This document shows positions 22,047 to 34,891 of a stretch of 64,000 bases of DNA, in pieces (the first letter of the stretch is position 1; each line of letters begins with the position of its first letter). Source of the DNA: Blepharisma stoltei ATCC 30299 (taxonomy: Eukaryota > Protista > Ciliophora); NCBI GenBank assembly GCA_965603825.1, contig CBFDEM010000035.1, forward strand, positions 620,001 through 684,000. The letters run 5' to 3'. The notes below the pieces were generated by a model that was not told the DNA's origin, searched no databases, and saw nothing but the letters and a program-made list of their open reading frames with translations. A program made the translations under genes and the position numbers.

Positions 22047-23360
22047 ATGAAAGCTTCTCCAACACAAACCCCATCAAGAGAACTTTTCTGAATTCCATTA
22101 ATTTTCTTTTCCTCCTCAATATCGCTGATTTTTGTATCATTAACACAAAAAAGCTGGGTTATTTTAGAAAATGAAGAGTTTTCGTTTAATATGAGCTTGG
22201 CAAGATGCACAAATTGCCCAAGTTTCTATGAAAATTGAACCTGAAAATGCTTTACGAAATTTGTATGTGATTCTATTGATAATTCAACAAATTGTATGAT
22301 TTATAGCTATGGATTTAAGGCCAGCTCTTTGCTTTATTTTTTAGACTTGATATCTTATGTGCTTGGCCTTATTGTGATTGAAAAACTGATATTAGCATTA
22401 AATTGAAGATATTATGGGAATAAAGCTGTATTGAGCTTGTCTGCTGTTTTTATGGTCCTGACACATGTATCCGGTATATTGATTTGATTTTTTATTGAAT
22501 GGTCTGATTTTGAAACATTTAAAAATAATTTTGATTTATATTTTCAGCAAGGACCTATTATTGGGCTAATAAATATCAGCTTTTGCTTTTTATCTTTGGC
22601 ATCTCTCTGAATTATTATGTGAAAAGTTGGAAAAATAAAGCATATACAAAACAGCATATCACTTACAGCTTGCATAAAATCCAAAACATTTCATAGCTGG
22701 ATGATAGTTGTAGGGGTGCTGCTAGGAATCTCCTTTTTTACTGTTTTATATGCTACTTTTTATGATACATGAATAATCCGATTTCATGAAAATATTTCGT
22801 GGAATGGAGGGCTGTTTTATTGTAATCATTGTGAAGAACTTTTTCCTCATTTAGAATGGGAATGCTTATCTCTCGAATATTGCAGCATTGATCCTTCCAG
22901 TCGTACATGCAAAATTTTTACAGATATTTCTGATGCAAATGAAATTTATTTTTTATTTGAAACTCTTGCATTGGTATCATTCATATTTTTTATGCAAGCT
23001 TATATAAATATTTTACGTGGGAAAAATTATGGATTTCCAATAATGTCTTATATTTATGTAGTTTGTATTCCAATATTCAACCTTTTGGCATTAATATCCT
23101 GAGTCCTTATAAGCAATGTAGACATCACTTTTAGTTGCAAAAGTGACGCAAAAAATATAGAAAAATCAGATGCATGCTCTTATTACGGCCCTCTTATACA
23201 TATCTCCTCGAATTTATTCTTAATTCCTATGGCAGCTATTTTTTGCTATGCATTTTACAAGAGAGAGTCAATTAGCAATAGAGTAAAAATGGAAGAAATT
23301 ACAGAAAATACTGAAAGAAATGCGCCAAAATCCCAAATTTCTAGTAAAAATGAATCATAA
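22047..23360 (+). CDS. Eight-TM membrane protein built from two tandem claudin/PMP22-like tetraspan units (437 aa)
   Basis: Absent from the track because of many TGA=Trp. Open from ATG 22047 to TAA 23360. Two repeats of TM-W...CxxC...W.C....C...C-TM (unit 2: WNGGLFYCNHC). Confidence 0.75.
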
Positions 23361-23660
23361 ATGAACAGGAACTAAATTACTCACAAACATAAATTGAATC
23401 TTCCTTTCTCCAAATAATTTCAAAACCCTATCATTATAATTAATATAAAATATCACTATTTAATTGCAAAATCAAATTTTCACAAAAATTTTATTTAAAA
23501 GTTGTTTCTTTTTCTCTATCAAAAATCACATTCCCAAATTTATTTTTCGAATTTATAATAAAATTTTATCAAATTAAATCCATTTTGTAAAGAGGTAAAA
23601 ATGCCTTGTTGAAATAAGTTATTTATTCTTTCTTATGTCTAACTCTATATAAAACTAATT

Positions 23661-24176
23661 ATGGAAAATATATCAGTTGCTAGCGGAGCAACAGAGTGTC
23701 CTATATGCTTAGATACATTCCATTTCCCAACTTCAACTCCTTGTGGTCACAATTTTTGCCTCACATGTATAGAAAACCTCATAAAGCACAAATTCTTCAC
23801 AGTAAAGTGCCCAATTTGCAGATCGTATATCCCCAGATCTGGCTATCAAATTAATAAATTGCTTGATGACGTGCTCACAGTCCTCTACCCTTCTGAATAT
23901 ATAAAAGGGAAAATTGATGATATTTGGAGCTCTTCACAAAAGCCCAAAACAAAAACTTTTCATATAAGGAAAACAATTATGATATTAATTGCGATAATAG
24001 GACTTATCCTCCTGAAAAAGAAAATTGCAATAAAGATCATAAATAAAATATGAATTTTGCTATCAAAATTCTCATCTTTGATTGTTACAATATTATTTGG
24101 ACAATACGCAGTCTATGGCCACATGCTTGTCTCAAATATTATCAATATCATTTTCAGAACAAGCATAGTGTGGTAG
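23661..24176 (+). CDS. C3HC4 RING finger protein with hydrophobic C-terminal segments (171 aa)
   Basis: CPICLD...CGHNFCLTCI...CPICR; read-through of TGA 24051-24053 to TAG 24176. Confidence 0.85.
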
Positions 24177-24209
24177 TTATTTTTAATTAATTTTTTATAT
24201 AAATTAACC

Positions 24210-25823
24210 ATGGGGTGCTGCCAATCTCTACCAAATTCTACAAGCGAGCTTATTAGTGTAGTTCGTGAAGCTACTAAGCAAGACCTTCATAAAGAAGATA
24301 TAAAAGAAACCACAGACACTCATGCTCCGCAGCCACAAATTTATGACGACACCGCAAGCGATATTTCATCTAAACATAACAAAGCGTCTGTGCATACAGA
24401 CCCAGGTGTAAAAATCCGTAGAAAGCAGTTCGTCCATGTTATCAATGGAGATATCAGGCAATTTTATCAGGTGCAAGAAAAGCTTGGCAACGGCTCTTTT
24501 GGCAGTGTGCATAAAGCAATTCATATTAGTAGCGGAGCAGTTAGGGCTATAAAGGTGCTATCGAAATCAAAATTCAAGAAAGACGACCGAGAGAAGCTTA
24601 TACAAGAAGTAGAAATCCTGAAAGACCTTGACCATCCTAACATTTTAAAAATCTACGAAGTTATTGAAGATGACATCTCTCTTTATATTGTTACTGAGCT
24701 TTGTACAGGCGGAGAGCTTTTTGATAGAATTATTTCTCAGCATAGATTCTATGAAAATACAGCTGCCAGCTATATGTACCAAATAGTCTCAGCACTAATG
24801 TACTGCCATCAAAATGGTATAGTTCACAGAGACCTCAAGCCAGAAAACCTACTTTTTGAGAATGACTCACAAGATGCCCCGATCAAGGTCATTGATTTTG
24901 GGACTTCTTTAAAATTTTCGCCTAATACTAAACTGTCGAATTTTACAGGAACCGTAAGCTATAAATAGGCGTATTATGTAGCTCCAGAGGTAATTAAAGG
25001 GAAATATGACGAAAAATGTGATGTCTGAAGCGCTGGAGTTATTTTGTATATTATGCTATGTGGAATCCCACCATTTAACGCATCTTCTGAAAATGGGATT
25101 TTAATGAAAGTTTCTAGAGGCGTCTTCACCTTCGCAATGCCTGAGTGAAAAAACGTGTCTCAAGAAGCCAAAAGTCTAATAACAAAAATGCTTACCAAAG
25201 ACCCTGCAAAGCGGCCTTCAGCTGAAGAAGTCCTCCAAGACAAATGATTGCAAGGCAGAGTTGATCGGGAAATTAAAGGAAATCGACTCGCGAGGTCAAC
25301 CTTAACAAATCTTGGCGCTTTTAAAGTAAATTTTATATAGTCCGGCTGGAAACTCCAACAAGCGACTTTAGAATATATTGCGTCCCATTTAACAACTAAT
25401 GAAGAAACAGAAGAAATCAGAAAAGCTTTTATAGCACTTGATGATAATGGAGATGGAAAATTAAGCCCAGAAGAAATAAGGGCTGGCTGCTTGTCATTAA
25501 ACTTAGGAGCGGATGTAGAAGAAATTCTAGCACACTGCGACGCAGATGGGAATGGGTATATTGATTACACAGAATTTGTGACCGCCACGCTGGATTGGAA
25601 AAAAGTCCTTTCTCAAGAAAAGTTAGAGGCAGCTTTTAAGGCTTATGATACAGATAATAGTGGGACGATTTCTATAGACGAGTTTAAAGCATTTTTGGGT
25701 GGAAATGAAGGAGTAGAAGACTCAGTGTGGAAACAAATTTTTGATGAAGCCGATTCCAATGGAGACGGAGTGATTGATTTGGAAGAATTCAAGACAATAA
25801 TGATGAAAAATATGAATAATTAG
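24210..25823 (+). CDS. CDPK: Calcium-dependent protein kinase (527 aa, 2 introns)
   Basis: MGCC acylation motif, [22 protein letters not shown][TGA=W]SAG and four EF hands. Confidence 0.96.
24954..24968 (+). other. 15-nt spliceosomal intron
   Basis: GTAAGCTATAAATAG; removal restores GTAYYVAPE. Confidence 0.95.
25326..25340 (+). other. 15-nt spliceosomal intron
   Basis: GTAAATTTTATATAG; removal restores the CDPK junction [10 protein letters not shown]. Confidence 0.9.
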
Positions 25824-25890
25824 GCTTCTTATCAAATAATCTTATCTCATATTAAGATAAATAGCTTATTTATCTTTTAAGTGGATAAAT

Positions 25891-27819
25891 ATGTCAAACT
25901 CAGAACAGACTCCTCCGCAACAATCAGGTTTGAACGTAAATGCTGCTGAATTCAACTTCAACTTAAATGCCAGTGAGTTTGTTCCATCTTTTGGCACTAC
26001 ACAAGTAAACCCTCCTGGATATGAGAATCCTTCGTATCAAAATACGTACTTGTATAATCAAGACCCACAGAACATGTATTATAACCAGCAGTACCAGCAA
26101 TACGGCCAATATGGTCAATACGAATATCCTCAGCAGTACTATAACCTCCAGCAGCCTTATTATTACCCAGAAAATCAACCCCCTGAGGAGCCAGAAGAAC
26201 CAGAAGATAACACAATCAGCTTCAGTGACTTCGAAAACTCACGGTCAAGCAAGCCTAAAGTTACACCAGGCCCAAAACTTGGCTTTAAAAGTATAAATGT
26301 AGGGGAAGAAGTGCGACAAGTAGTCGAACAAGAAGAAGCCCCTAAAGAAGAAGTAAAAGTCGCCCCAAAAGTCAGGAAACCAGTCATCAAAAGCATCACA
26401 GAAAAACCAATTGACAAAGCTGCCTTAATCGCGAAACTAAGAGAATCAGCTGCTAATGAAGAACAGCCGCTTGTCGAGCCTGATAAAATAAAAGAGCCAG
26501 TTAACATTGTGTTTATTGGCCACGTGGACTCTGGGAAGTCAACTATTTGTGGAAGCATTTTATTGCTGTCTGGAAAAGTTGACCAAAGAATCATCGAAAC
26601 TTATGAACAAGAAGCCAAAAGGCTTGGAAGGGACTCATGGTGGCTTGCTTATATTATGGATCAAACTGACGAAGAAAGAGAAAAAGGGATCACGGTTGAA
26701 GTCGGAAAAGCGTTTTTTGAGACTCCGACAAAAAGATTTTCAATTTTAGATGCCCCAGGCCATAAAGCTTATGTCCCTAATATGATAGGAGGTGCATCTC
26801 AAGCTGACTATGCATCTTTGGTGATTTCTGCAAGAATTAGTGAGTTCGAAACTGGATTCGACAGAGGTGGCCAAACCCGAGAGCATGCTATGTTGGCCAA
26901 GTCTCTAGGAATTAGCAACTTAATAGTCGTCATCAACAAAATGGACGACCCTTCAGTCAACTGGTCTCAAGATCGCTTTGAACAGATCAAGCGAGAAATG
27001 AGCCCATTTTTGTCGGAAAAATGCAAATATGACCTTAGCCAAGTCCACTGGATCCCAATTTCTGGCATTTCAGGGGCTAATATTATAGAAAGAGTTAAAC
27101 CAGAGACTGCACCTTGGTATAATGGCCCAACACTTTTTGAGATTTTCGACTCTTTACCACTGCCTGTGAGGTCTGCTGAAGCTCCATTAAGAATCCCAAT
27201 ACTTGACAGAAGCAAAGACCAAGGAATAATCATATATGGAAAAGTAGAAAGTGGGCAAGTTGTCAAAGGGCAGAGAGTTATCGTCATGCCTATCAGGATA
27301 AAAGGAGAAATCGTAGAAATTATTGGAGCTGAAGAATCTAGGCTTATGTACGCAAATGCTGGAGAAAATGTAAGGATCAAATTGAAGGTCCCTGAAGAAG
27401 TTGAAATTCAGAGAGGGTTTACTATTTGTGATATACACGATGTCTGTCATGCAGCACAAGAATTTTCTGCTGACGTACAACTCTTAGATCTTTTAGAAGA
27501 AAAGCAAGTCGTCTCAGCTGGCTACCAATGTGTTATGCACGCCCACACAGCAGTTGAAGAATGCGAGATCTTAGAAATCACTGCCCTAATTGATGTTGCT
27601 AGAAAAAAGAAATCAAAAACGTCATTTGGCAGGTCAAACCAAAGGATTTTGATGCGTGTTAAAGCAGAAGAAGAAATCTGTGTAGAGCCATTTACCAAAA
27701 TGAACCAGCTTGGAAGATTTACACTGAGAGATGAAGGTAAAACAGTTGGGCTTGGAAAAATCATTGAAATTGTGGAAGCAGCAGAAGAAGCTCCAGAAGA
27801 AGAGCCAGCTAATAAGTAA
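25891..27819 (+). CDS. SUP35: Eukaryotic release factor 3 (eRF3/Sup35/GSPT), 642 aa
   Basis: GHVDSGKST, EREKGITVEVG, LDAPGHKAYVPNMIGGASQAD, GGQTREH, NKMD and GRFTLRDEGKTV; N-terminal PAM2 motifs. Confidence 0.96.
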   Translation: MSNSEQTPPQQSGLNVNAAEFNFNLNASEFVPSFGTTQVNPPGYENPSYQNTYLYNQDPQNMYYNQQYQQYGQYGQYEYPQQYYNLQQPYYYPENQPPEEPEEPEDNTISFSDFENSRSSKPKVTPGPKLGFKSINVGEEVRQVVEQEEAPKEEVKVAPKVRKPVIKSITEKPIDKAALIAKLRESAANEEQPLVEPDKIKEPVNIVFIGHVDSGKSTICGSILLLSGKVDQRIIETYEQEAKRLGRDSWWLAYIMDQTDEEREKGITVEVGKAFFETPTKRFSILDAPGHKAYVPNMIGGASQADYASLVISARISEFETGFDRGGQTREHAMLAKSLGISNLIVVINKMDDPSVNWSQDRFEQIKREMSPFLSEKCKYDLSQVHWIPISGISGANIIERVKPETAPWYNGPTLFEIFDSLPLPVRSAEAPLRIPILDRSKDQGIIIYGKVESGQVVKGQRVIVMPIRIKGEIVEIIGAEESRLMYANAGENVRIKLKVPEEVEIQRGFTICDIHDVCHAAQEFSADVQLLDLLEEKQVVSAGYQCVMHAHTAVEECEILEITALIDVARKKKSKTSFGRSNQRILMRVKAEEEICVEPFTKMNQLGRFTLRDEGKTVGLGKIIEIVEAAEEAPEEEPANK

Positions 27820-27822
27820 TCT

Positions 27823-28713
27823 CTATTCTTTAATTATACTAGCTCTTAAAGGATTGTCTCCTTCTTTTCCCTCATCTTCATTTTTCTCATCCTCTTCTTC
27901 TTTCTTTTCTTCCTCATGTTCTTGCCCTATTTCATTCTTTTCTTCTTCTTCTTCTTCTTCCTCGCTACTTTCCTCTTCTACTTTTTCTTCTTCTACCTCA
28001 GCTTCTTTTTTAACTTCAATATGGTGTTTACAATTTGGGCATTCTTCAATATTTAGCTTGCATAAAATGCAAACATAACACCCACAAAGGCATTTGTTAA
28101 AAAATGCATCCTCATCAAATATACCTTTGCAAATGCTGCATCTATCAAATAATGGGATTTTTTCTCCTGGTTTTTCTTTGGTTCCTATTTCGTATATTTC
28201 TTTAATATCTTTTCTATCATATTCGCGCTTGCATGAAGGACAGCTCAATATGCGCTCTGAATAATTTAAATATATACAGGCATCGCAAACTCTGCAAAAG
28301 CATTTTTGATCCATAAGCGATTTCAGTTTATAAAGAGAATTACAAGAAAAGCAGCAGCCATTTTTTATTTTGAACAACACATCCGATTCTAAGTTTTTAA
28401 GCACTTCTAGTTGCCAAGGAATATTCTTTTGCTCAAATCTCGTAAATTTTACGTTGTGTTCGCAGCTCTGTAATTCAAAATATTTTTCTAAGCATTGCAA
28501 ACAATGATTTTTTTGGCAATTAGTTAGCTGTATTTCCATGCCCTCAAAATGGCCATCTAGTGAGTGTTTTATGTTAAATCCAGCATCAAGCTCTTTATGA
28601 AGTCTTAACCCATCGATATCTTCCTCAATTTCCTTTATTTTTTCTTCTGTCAGCATTCCATTTGATAAAGTGTCCAGAAGTATGACTCTACAAATATCTT
28701 CTCATATATCCAT
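27823..28713 (-). CDS. Cys-rich (degenerate RING-like) protein with an acidic tail (296 aa)
   Basis: Several CxxC/CxC clusters and a Glu-rich C-terminus; extended to ATG 28713 through one TGA. Confidence 0.7.
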
Positions 28714-28992
28714 TGTAAGCTATTTATTATTGAGATATTGCATTGAAGAAATTTTGCATTTTTATACTTAGAATTTATGATTTTTTAATTATTTAAGCAA
28801 TAAATTGCTAATGATTACAATTTGTTGTAATTTTTATTATTCTTAGTAGAGATTTTACTTTTAAAAATAAATATTCGAATTTTTATATGAAATCGTTTCA
28901 AACAATCATAGAGTGAGAATGATTGCATAATCATCGTTAAAATTCATTGATTTTGTTGAATTGGGGATAAAAATCTATTAAAAAGTTTATAA

Positions 28993-29598
<606 letters not shown>

Positions 29599-29663
29599 TT
29601 TTCCATATTCCCTACTAAAAATTTTAAGATTATATAGATATTTATTTAATAATTTTAATTATC

Positions 29664-30485
29664 ATGGATGATGGACTCACATTAGTGGAAAGAATCAGGC
29701 AAGATCAAATTGAAGAAGCTTTAAGGAATAAACAAACGTAAAAATAATGCAGGCAAGCTGAAGAAAAGCCAAAAATAGTTAAATCGAAGGGCATGAGGGA
29801 TCGGTACAAGATACACCGAGACCCTTACTTGATACTGGAAGATACTTTAGAAGGGTTTGTGATGAAATTTATAAAGGAGGCAGGGGGAGAGGTTTATGAA
29901 TCCCAGCTTATAGATGCCCTTGAAAACAATCTTGGCTATTTGCGCTCTTATGTAAAAGCTACTTACAAAGGGAGCCCAAAATTTTATATTGACAAATTAG
30001 TTAAAAAAAGAGTCATTCTTCAAGAAAATTTAACGTTCAGAGTCAATGTAAAATTTATTTAGGAAAAATTTGCCGAAAGTTTTGCAGAGATCATGATCCC
30101 AAAAATCAAGAGTTTCCAATATAAAAAGCTGCATGGCCCAGCTAATCCAAGGCTAAATCCTACTAGAAACCAAAAAATAATATCCATGTTTAAACGTTTC
30201 GCGATTCTATTAATTTCTGACCCAGAAACCAAACATTTGCTTCAGCGGCCTCTCAGAAAAGTTGAAGGGACTGAAAACTTTTCAGATTTTGCCAAAGCTA
30301 TGGGTCAAGAAAGAGCAATTGGGATATTGCAGACCTATAATTACATTAGAAAATTAAAAAGACCAAGAATGAAAATTAAAGAAAAAGTCAAAAAACTTTC
30401 AAAAGAGGTTGATGAAGGGTTTTACAACCTATGCAAAACTATGGAAAACATTGAGAAAAACGTGATTAGGTGGAACGAAATTTAA
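29664..30485 (+). CDS. Hypothetical basic protein (263 aa, 2 introns)
   Basis: Frame closes after removing introns 29738-29752 and 30048-30062. Confidence 0.75.
29738..29752 (+). other. 15-nt spliceosomal intron
   Basis: GTAAAAATAATGCAG; removes an in-frame TAA. Confidence 0.8.
30048..30062 (+). other. 15-nt spliceosomal intron
   Basis: GTAAAATTTATTTAG; removes an in-frame TAG. Confidence 0.85.
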
Positions 30486-30608
30486 AAATGTTTAAATAAC
30501 CGTTAGTATTTTAAATTTGCAGGGTATCTGTGCAATTTATTTAATAATGATAATTTATTTCAAATTTATTAGATATTTAATAATTCATCCTCAAATTATT
30601 AGAAGAAT

Positions 30609-32408
30609 ATGGAAACCAATAAGCAATGCCAACTTTGCAAGCAAAATGCTGAACTTATATGTTTTTGTACTCAAATTTTATTATGCTCAAATTGCATTGG
30701 TACGCATTTAATTAAAGACACTAGCATTATCCATAACCCTATTTCTCTGAAAGACACGAGAACAGCTTCATTAATGTCCAGTTCATGATTTGAGTTAAAA
30801 GAAAAGGAAAGCCAGATTATAACAAAAGCAAAAATCAGGGATGAATTAAATTCTGCTTGTAGGCTTAAACTTCATGAAGAACTTACAGAACTTGAAAATT
30901 TTAAAAAAGAGTCTTTTTTCGCAATTGACCAATATATTGATAAACTTCAGAAAGAATTATCAGAACTTGGGGAATTTTTAAAGGAAAAAGTCAATAAAGA
31001 ATGCGAAAATAAAGAAAAAATCATTAATGAAGCTATTGACTGCTTTGCATCAGGAAACACTCAAAATAATTATATATCAAATATGCTAGCAGGCTTGAAA
31101 ACTAAAGGAGAAATAGATACACTCAAATTGATCACAAAAAAAATTGGGATTCATGACTTTGAAATTAGAGACGCCATTATGAATAAATTTGATTTGCAAG
31201 TTTGGCTTATAAACAGTAAAAATAATGAAAGAACAATTAATACCCCTTATAGCGGAAACTCATTAGAAATTCCTACATTTAAGACTAGCCACAATATTAG
31301 CCAAACTCCTAAAGCATCAGAAGCATCCAAAATCTCAAAACCAAGACATGTTTCCAGGCCAAGTCTTCCTGATCCAGAAATTATAAACATTCTTGAAAAT
31401 TCCCCTGAAATTTTGCTCAATATGGAAACTCCAGAGTCTTCTCCAATAAGCCAAGCTACACCAATCTGAGATGAATATCTCACAGACACTAACCCTTTTA
31501 GTCCAGACACATCAGTAATTGAAAGAACAGTAAAATCGCCTATGGCACGCTCAGCTACCAAAAAATCATTTGCTTTTAGTAAATCTAATCGACCTGTCCA
31601 AAAGTCAAATTCAGGAAGCAAGCTAAGCAAATTAACATTAGAAATTAAAAAAAATCCTCCAAAAAATCCAAATGCTTTATATTGCTTTTTTCCGAACCAA
31701 CTTATAATTTATCATATAGATTCAGGAAATGTTGAACAAATGTCATTGCATAATAAAGACCTTGGGATTAAAGGAAACGCGTGGACTTTTTCTCCTGATG
31801 GCTATATATTTGCTACTGGAGGCTTATCTTTATCTGCAAAACGCTACCTTTGAATATTTAATACTAATAACTATCAGCTTGACCCTGGCCCACCTATGAA
31901 AATTCCTAGGTATAACCATGCTTCCTTAATTTCTGGGAATTATTTATATGTAATCGGAGGATGCAATTTCGCCTCAATAAAAGACTGTGAAAGGTTCAAT
32001 CTTATCTCTAAAAAATGGCAACAAATAGGAAATTTAAATGTAGCTAGAGAAAATCTGGCAGCTTGTGTCCACAAAGGTCGGATTTTTGTAGCTGGAGGAA
32101 TCAAAGAAAACTCAATAGAAAGTTACAACGCTGTTAATAATAAATTTTCTCTGTTAAGGATTCAAATGCCAATTGGAGGAAGTAGCTTGATGTTTTCTTA
32201 TAAAGATCAAATTTTAATTTTCCATTGTAAGCAAATCAGCACTTTTGATACTATAAGCTGCTCAGATTATCAGAGTTTAGAAGAAGAGGAATGGTGGTCA
32301 CCTACTGATGTAGTAGAAAAAAATGGATCTTTTTATTTTATCAGCAGAGGAACTGTATACAAATACGACCCAAATGAATTCCAGTTGTCGTCATTGATGC
32401 ATTTCTAA
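30609..32408 (+). CDS. Zinc-finger (B-box-like), coiled-coil and Kelch-repeat protein (599 aa)
   Basis: N-terminal CQLC..CFC..LCSNCIGTH; Kelch repeats (PRYNHAS..YLYVIGG..CERFN..W); track ORFs joined by TGA=Trp. Confidence 0.85.
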
Positions 32409-32663
32409 ATGAACACAAATGTTTCTTAAATATTAATAAATCTTTTGCAGTTATGATTTTTGTAGCTCAATTTTCTACAGTTTTGCCTCAAAGATTTATA
32501 TTTTAAGTCATGTTTTTATAAGATATCCAGTTAAAGTATAATTTATACTCTCTTTATCGTATTTTAAAATGAAATCTTTAATTTTATTTAAATATAATTA
32601 TTTCTAAATTCAAATTCTTAATTAAAATTCAAAATTTCTTATTGCAATATTTTTTATATTAAA

Positions 32664-33239
32664 TTACGCTTGCTTTTGTAAAGGCAAAAATAGCTTAAAC
32701 TCAGGCGGTAGTTCTTCTTCTGAATACAGTCTGTCTGAAAAATAAATTCTCCTCATCCTACAATTAGCATGGATTTGCACCCTTAAAGTTTCAATATAAT
32801 TCGTTCCATATGCTCTTCTCGTAAAATCAGACAAGTTGAACTGAATTTGGTTTCACCCTTCATCTAAGCGCATTGGCATCGTACAGATGAACGGTTTTAC
32901 CCTGGTTGTGCTTTGATAGTTTGATGCCCTAAACCTTCGGCGAATATTTTTATCGTCCAAGACTTGAACTTCAAAGGTGAAGTATTTTTTGAGATTTTTT
33001 ATGATCATGACAAGGAAAGGAAGCTTGATACCAAGGGTTTGGTTTGGGTCAGCTGGGCAAGTGATAAAAGTGGTGCTCACATTAGTTCCCATGATTTCTA
33101 GGACCGAGCTTTGTATATCTTGATCTGTAATACGCTTTATATGGCCGTTCCGGACACTTTTATCCCAGATCTGAAGAGGCTTACTGCCTATGCTGTAGAG
33201 GATCGATAAGAAGCCTGATTGAAATGTGTTCTTGAACAT
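32664..33239 (-). CDS. CFAP20: Cilia- and flagella-associated protein 20 (Bug22), 191 aa
   Basis: [25 protein letters not shown]...RLDEG[TGA=W][19 protein letters not shown]...[13 protein letters not shown]. Confidence 0.98.
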
Positions 33240-33373
33240 AACTGTAATAATATGGCGCTGGCTTTTAAGATTATATGAAAAGAAGTTACGCAGGTTTTAA
33301 TTGAAATAAGAAACACATCAAAAGCAGTACTTAGAGAGTTTTTTTATTATAAACCTGGAGATTATGCATAGGC

Positions 33374-34891
33374 TTATTTATATACACTTTTAATTGAAGC
33401 TGAAGTGCTATTGCTTCTCTGCTGCTTTAGCATGATGGTTTTCTTTAGGTTTTCAAAGCATTTTGTATCTCTTTTGGATACTGCTTTGGGTTGGGATGGG
33501 GTTTGGCTGGCGCTCTTCAGCGGATTTAAGTTAAATGGCTTGCTGAAGTCTTCAATTAGAACATTTTCTTCATATTTTTTGGGTTCTGGAGATTTTTGAT
33601 AAATTTCGTGGGTGAATTGAGAAAATAGAGGCTCATTTTTGGATAGGGTATCACATAAGGACTCTATGTCACTTGTATTTGTTTCACAATTATTTGATAA
33701 CTGCCAGCCGTTTTCTCTATTCCTATGAGTATTTAAATAATAATCTTCTAATAAGGATTTTTCTTTTGAATTTTCTGAATTGTTTTCTTTTAGAATCAAT
33801 TTTGGACTTATTTTAAGGAATTTGTGTGAATCATCATTTAGCTCTTCAGTTCTATCTGTATCTTTTATACCTATTTCAAGATTGAGTCTTTTTGATCGTA
33901 AATGAGAGCTTTTATCTTTTATTTCGTAGGCTTGATTTTCTAAATATTTATATTTAGACCCTTCTTGACTATTCAAATCTTTTTGAGGTTTTTGTATGTC
34001 ATCATGATCTTTAATGGAATTTTCTGAGTTAGATTTATCTTTTTCGCTTTTTGGCTCTTTAGAGCTAGAAAAAGTAGTTCCAGCAGAATTTAAATGATCC
34101 ACACTTTCAATATTTATTTTTTGGTAAATTCTTTCCATATCTTGCATCATTTTAGTTTTTTCGTCTTGAATAAAATGATATTCATTATCTATTTTTATTT
34201 TTTCATTTGTTATTCACATCTTTTCTTCAGTGATTCTTTTCTTTTCACTCTCCACAACTTTTTGCATAATTGCTAGATCATTTTCTTGTGATTGTATCAT
34301 ATTTTCTCTTTCTTTAAGAATATTTCCATAACTCCTAAGGTTGCTTGCAGCCTTCTCAATCTGCTCAAAAACTCTTAAGAACAACAAATTTTGGCCTTTC
34401 AGCATTATTTCCAATTCTTGGATGACAGCTAAGCCGCTTCCTTTCATATCAATATTTGATAATATTTTCATAAAATTTTCTTTTAACAATCTATTTTCAC
34501 TCATGACTTCATTAATAAATTCAAGCACAGATGGTGATTCTTGCTTTCCTTCATTTTTTTCAACAGAAAATTTACCATCAAGCCTTGTTAACTCTTTTTC
34601 AATTTCTTTTCTAAAATTATTTTTTGCTTTTTCTTCTAATCCTTTATCATAAATCGCTTTTTTAATCTCTGTGCATTCTCTTTCAGTCTGCATAATAAGG
34701 CTATCCAGATGAGATGTAGGTGTTGTCACACAATTGATGGAAGAAAGACCTATGCTGGTATTTGAGTATTTAGGACTGCTTAATAAAAATTTATTTGGGA
34801 TATCTGAGTTTCACTGCTTTAGCCTTGGAATTGAAGATGATCTTTCACTTGCTTTGGGAAGGCCAATTTTGTTATCAAAACTTTTGTTCAT
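33374..34891 (-). CDS. Hypothetical coiled-coil protein (~505 aa)
   Basis: In-frame track ORFs joined by TGA; ATG at 34891. A possible terminal 15-nt intron (33373-33387, GTGTATATAAATAAG) would move the stop to 33362. Confidence 0.7.

Noticed and set aside
25963-28078. Numerous antisense and alternate-frame ORFs over eRF3 and other genes
   Set aside because: Shadows of real genes with no recognisable motifs.
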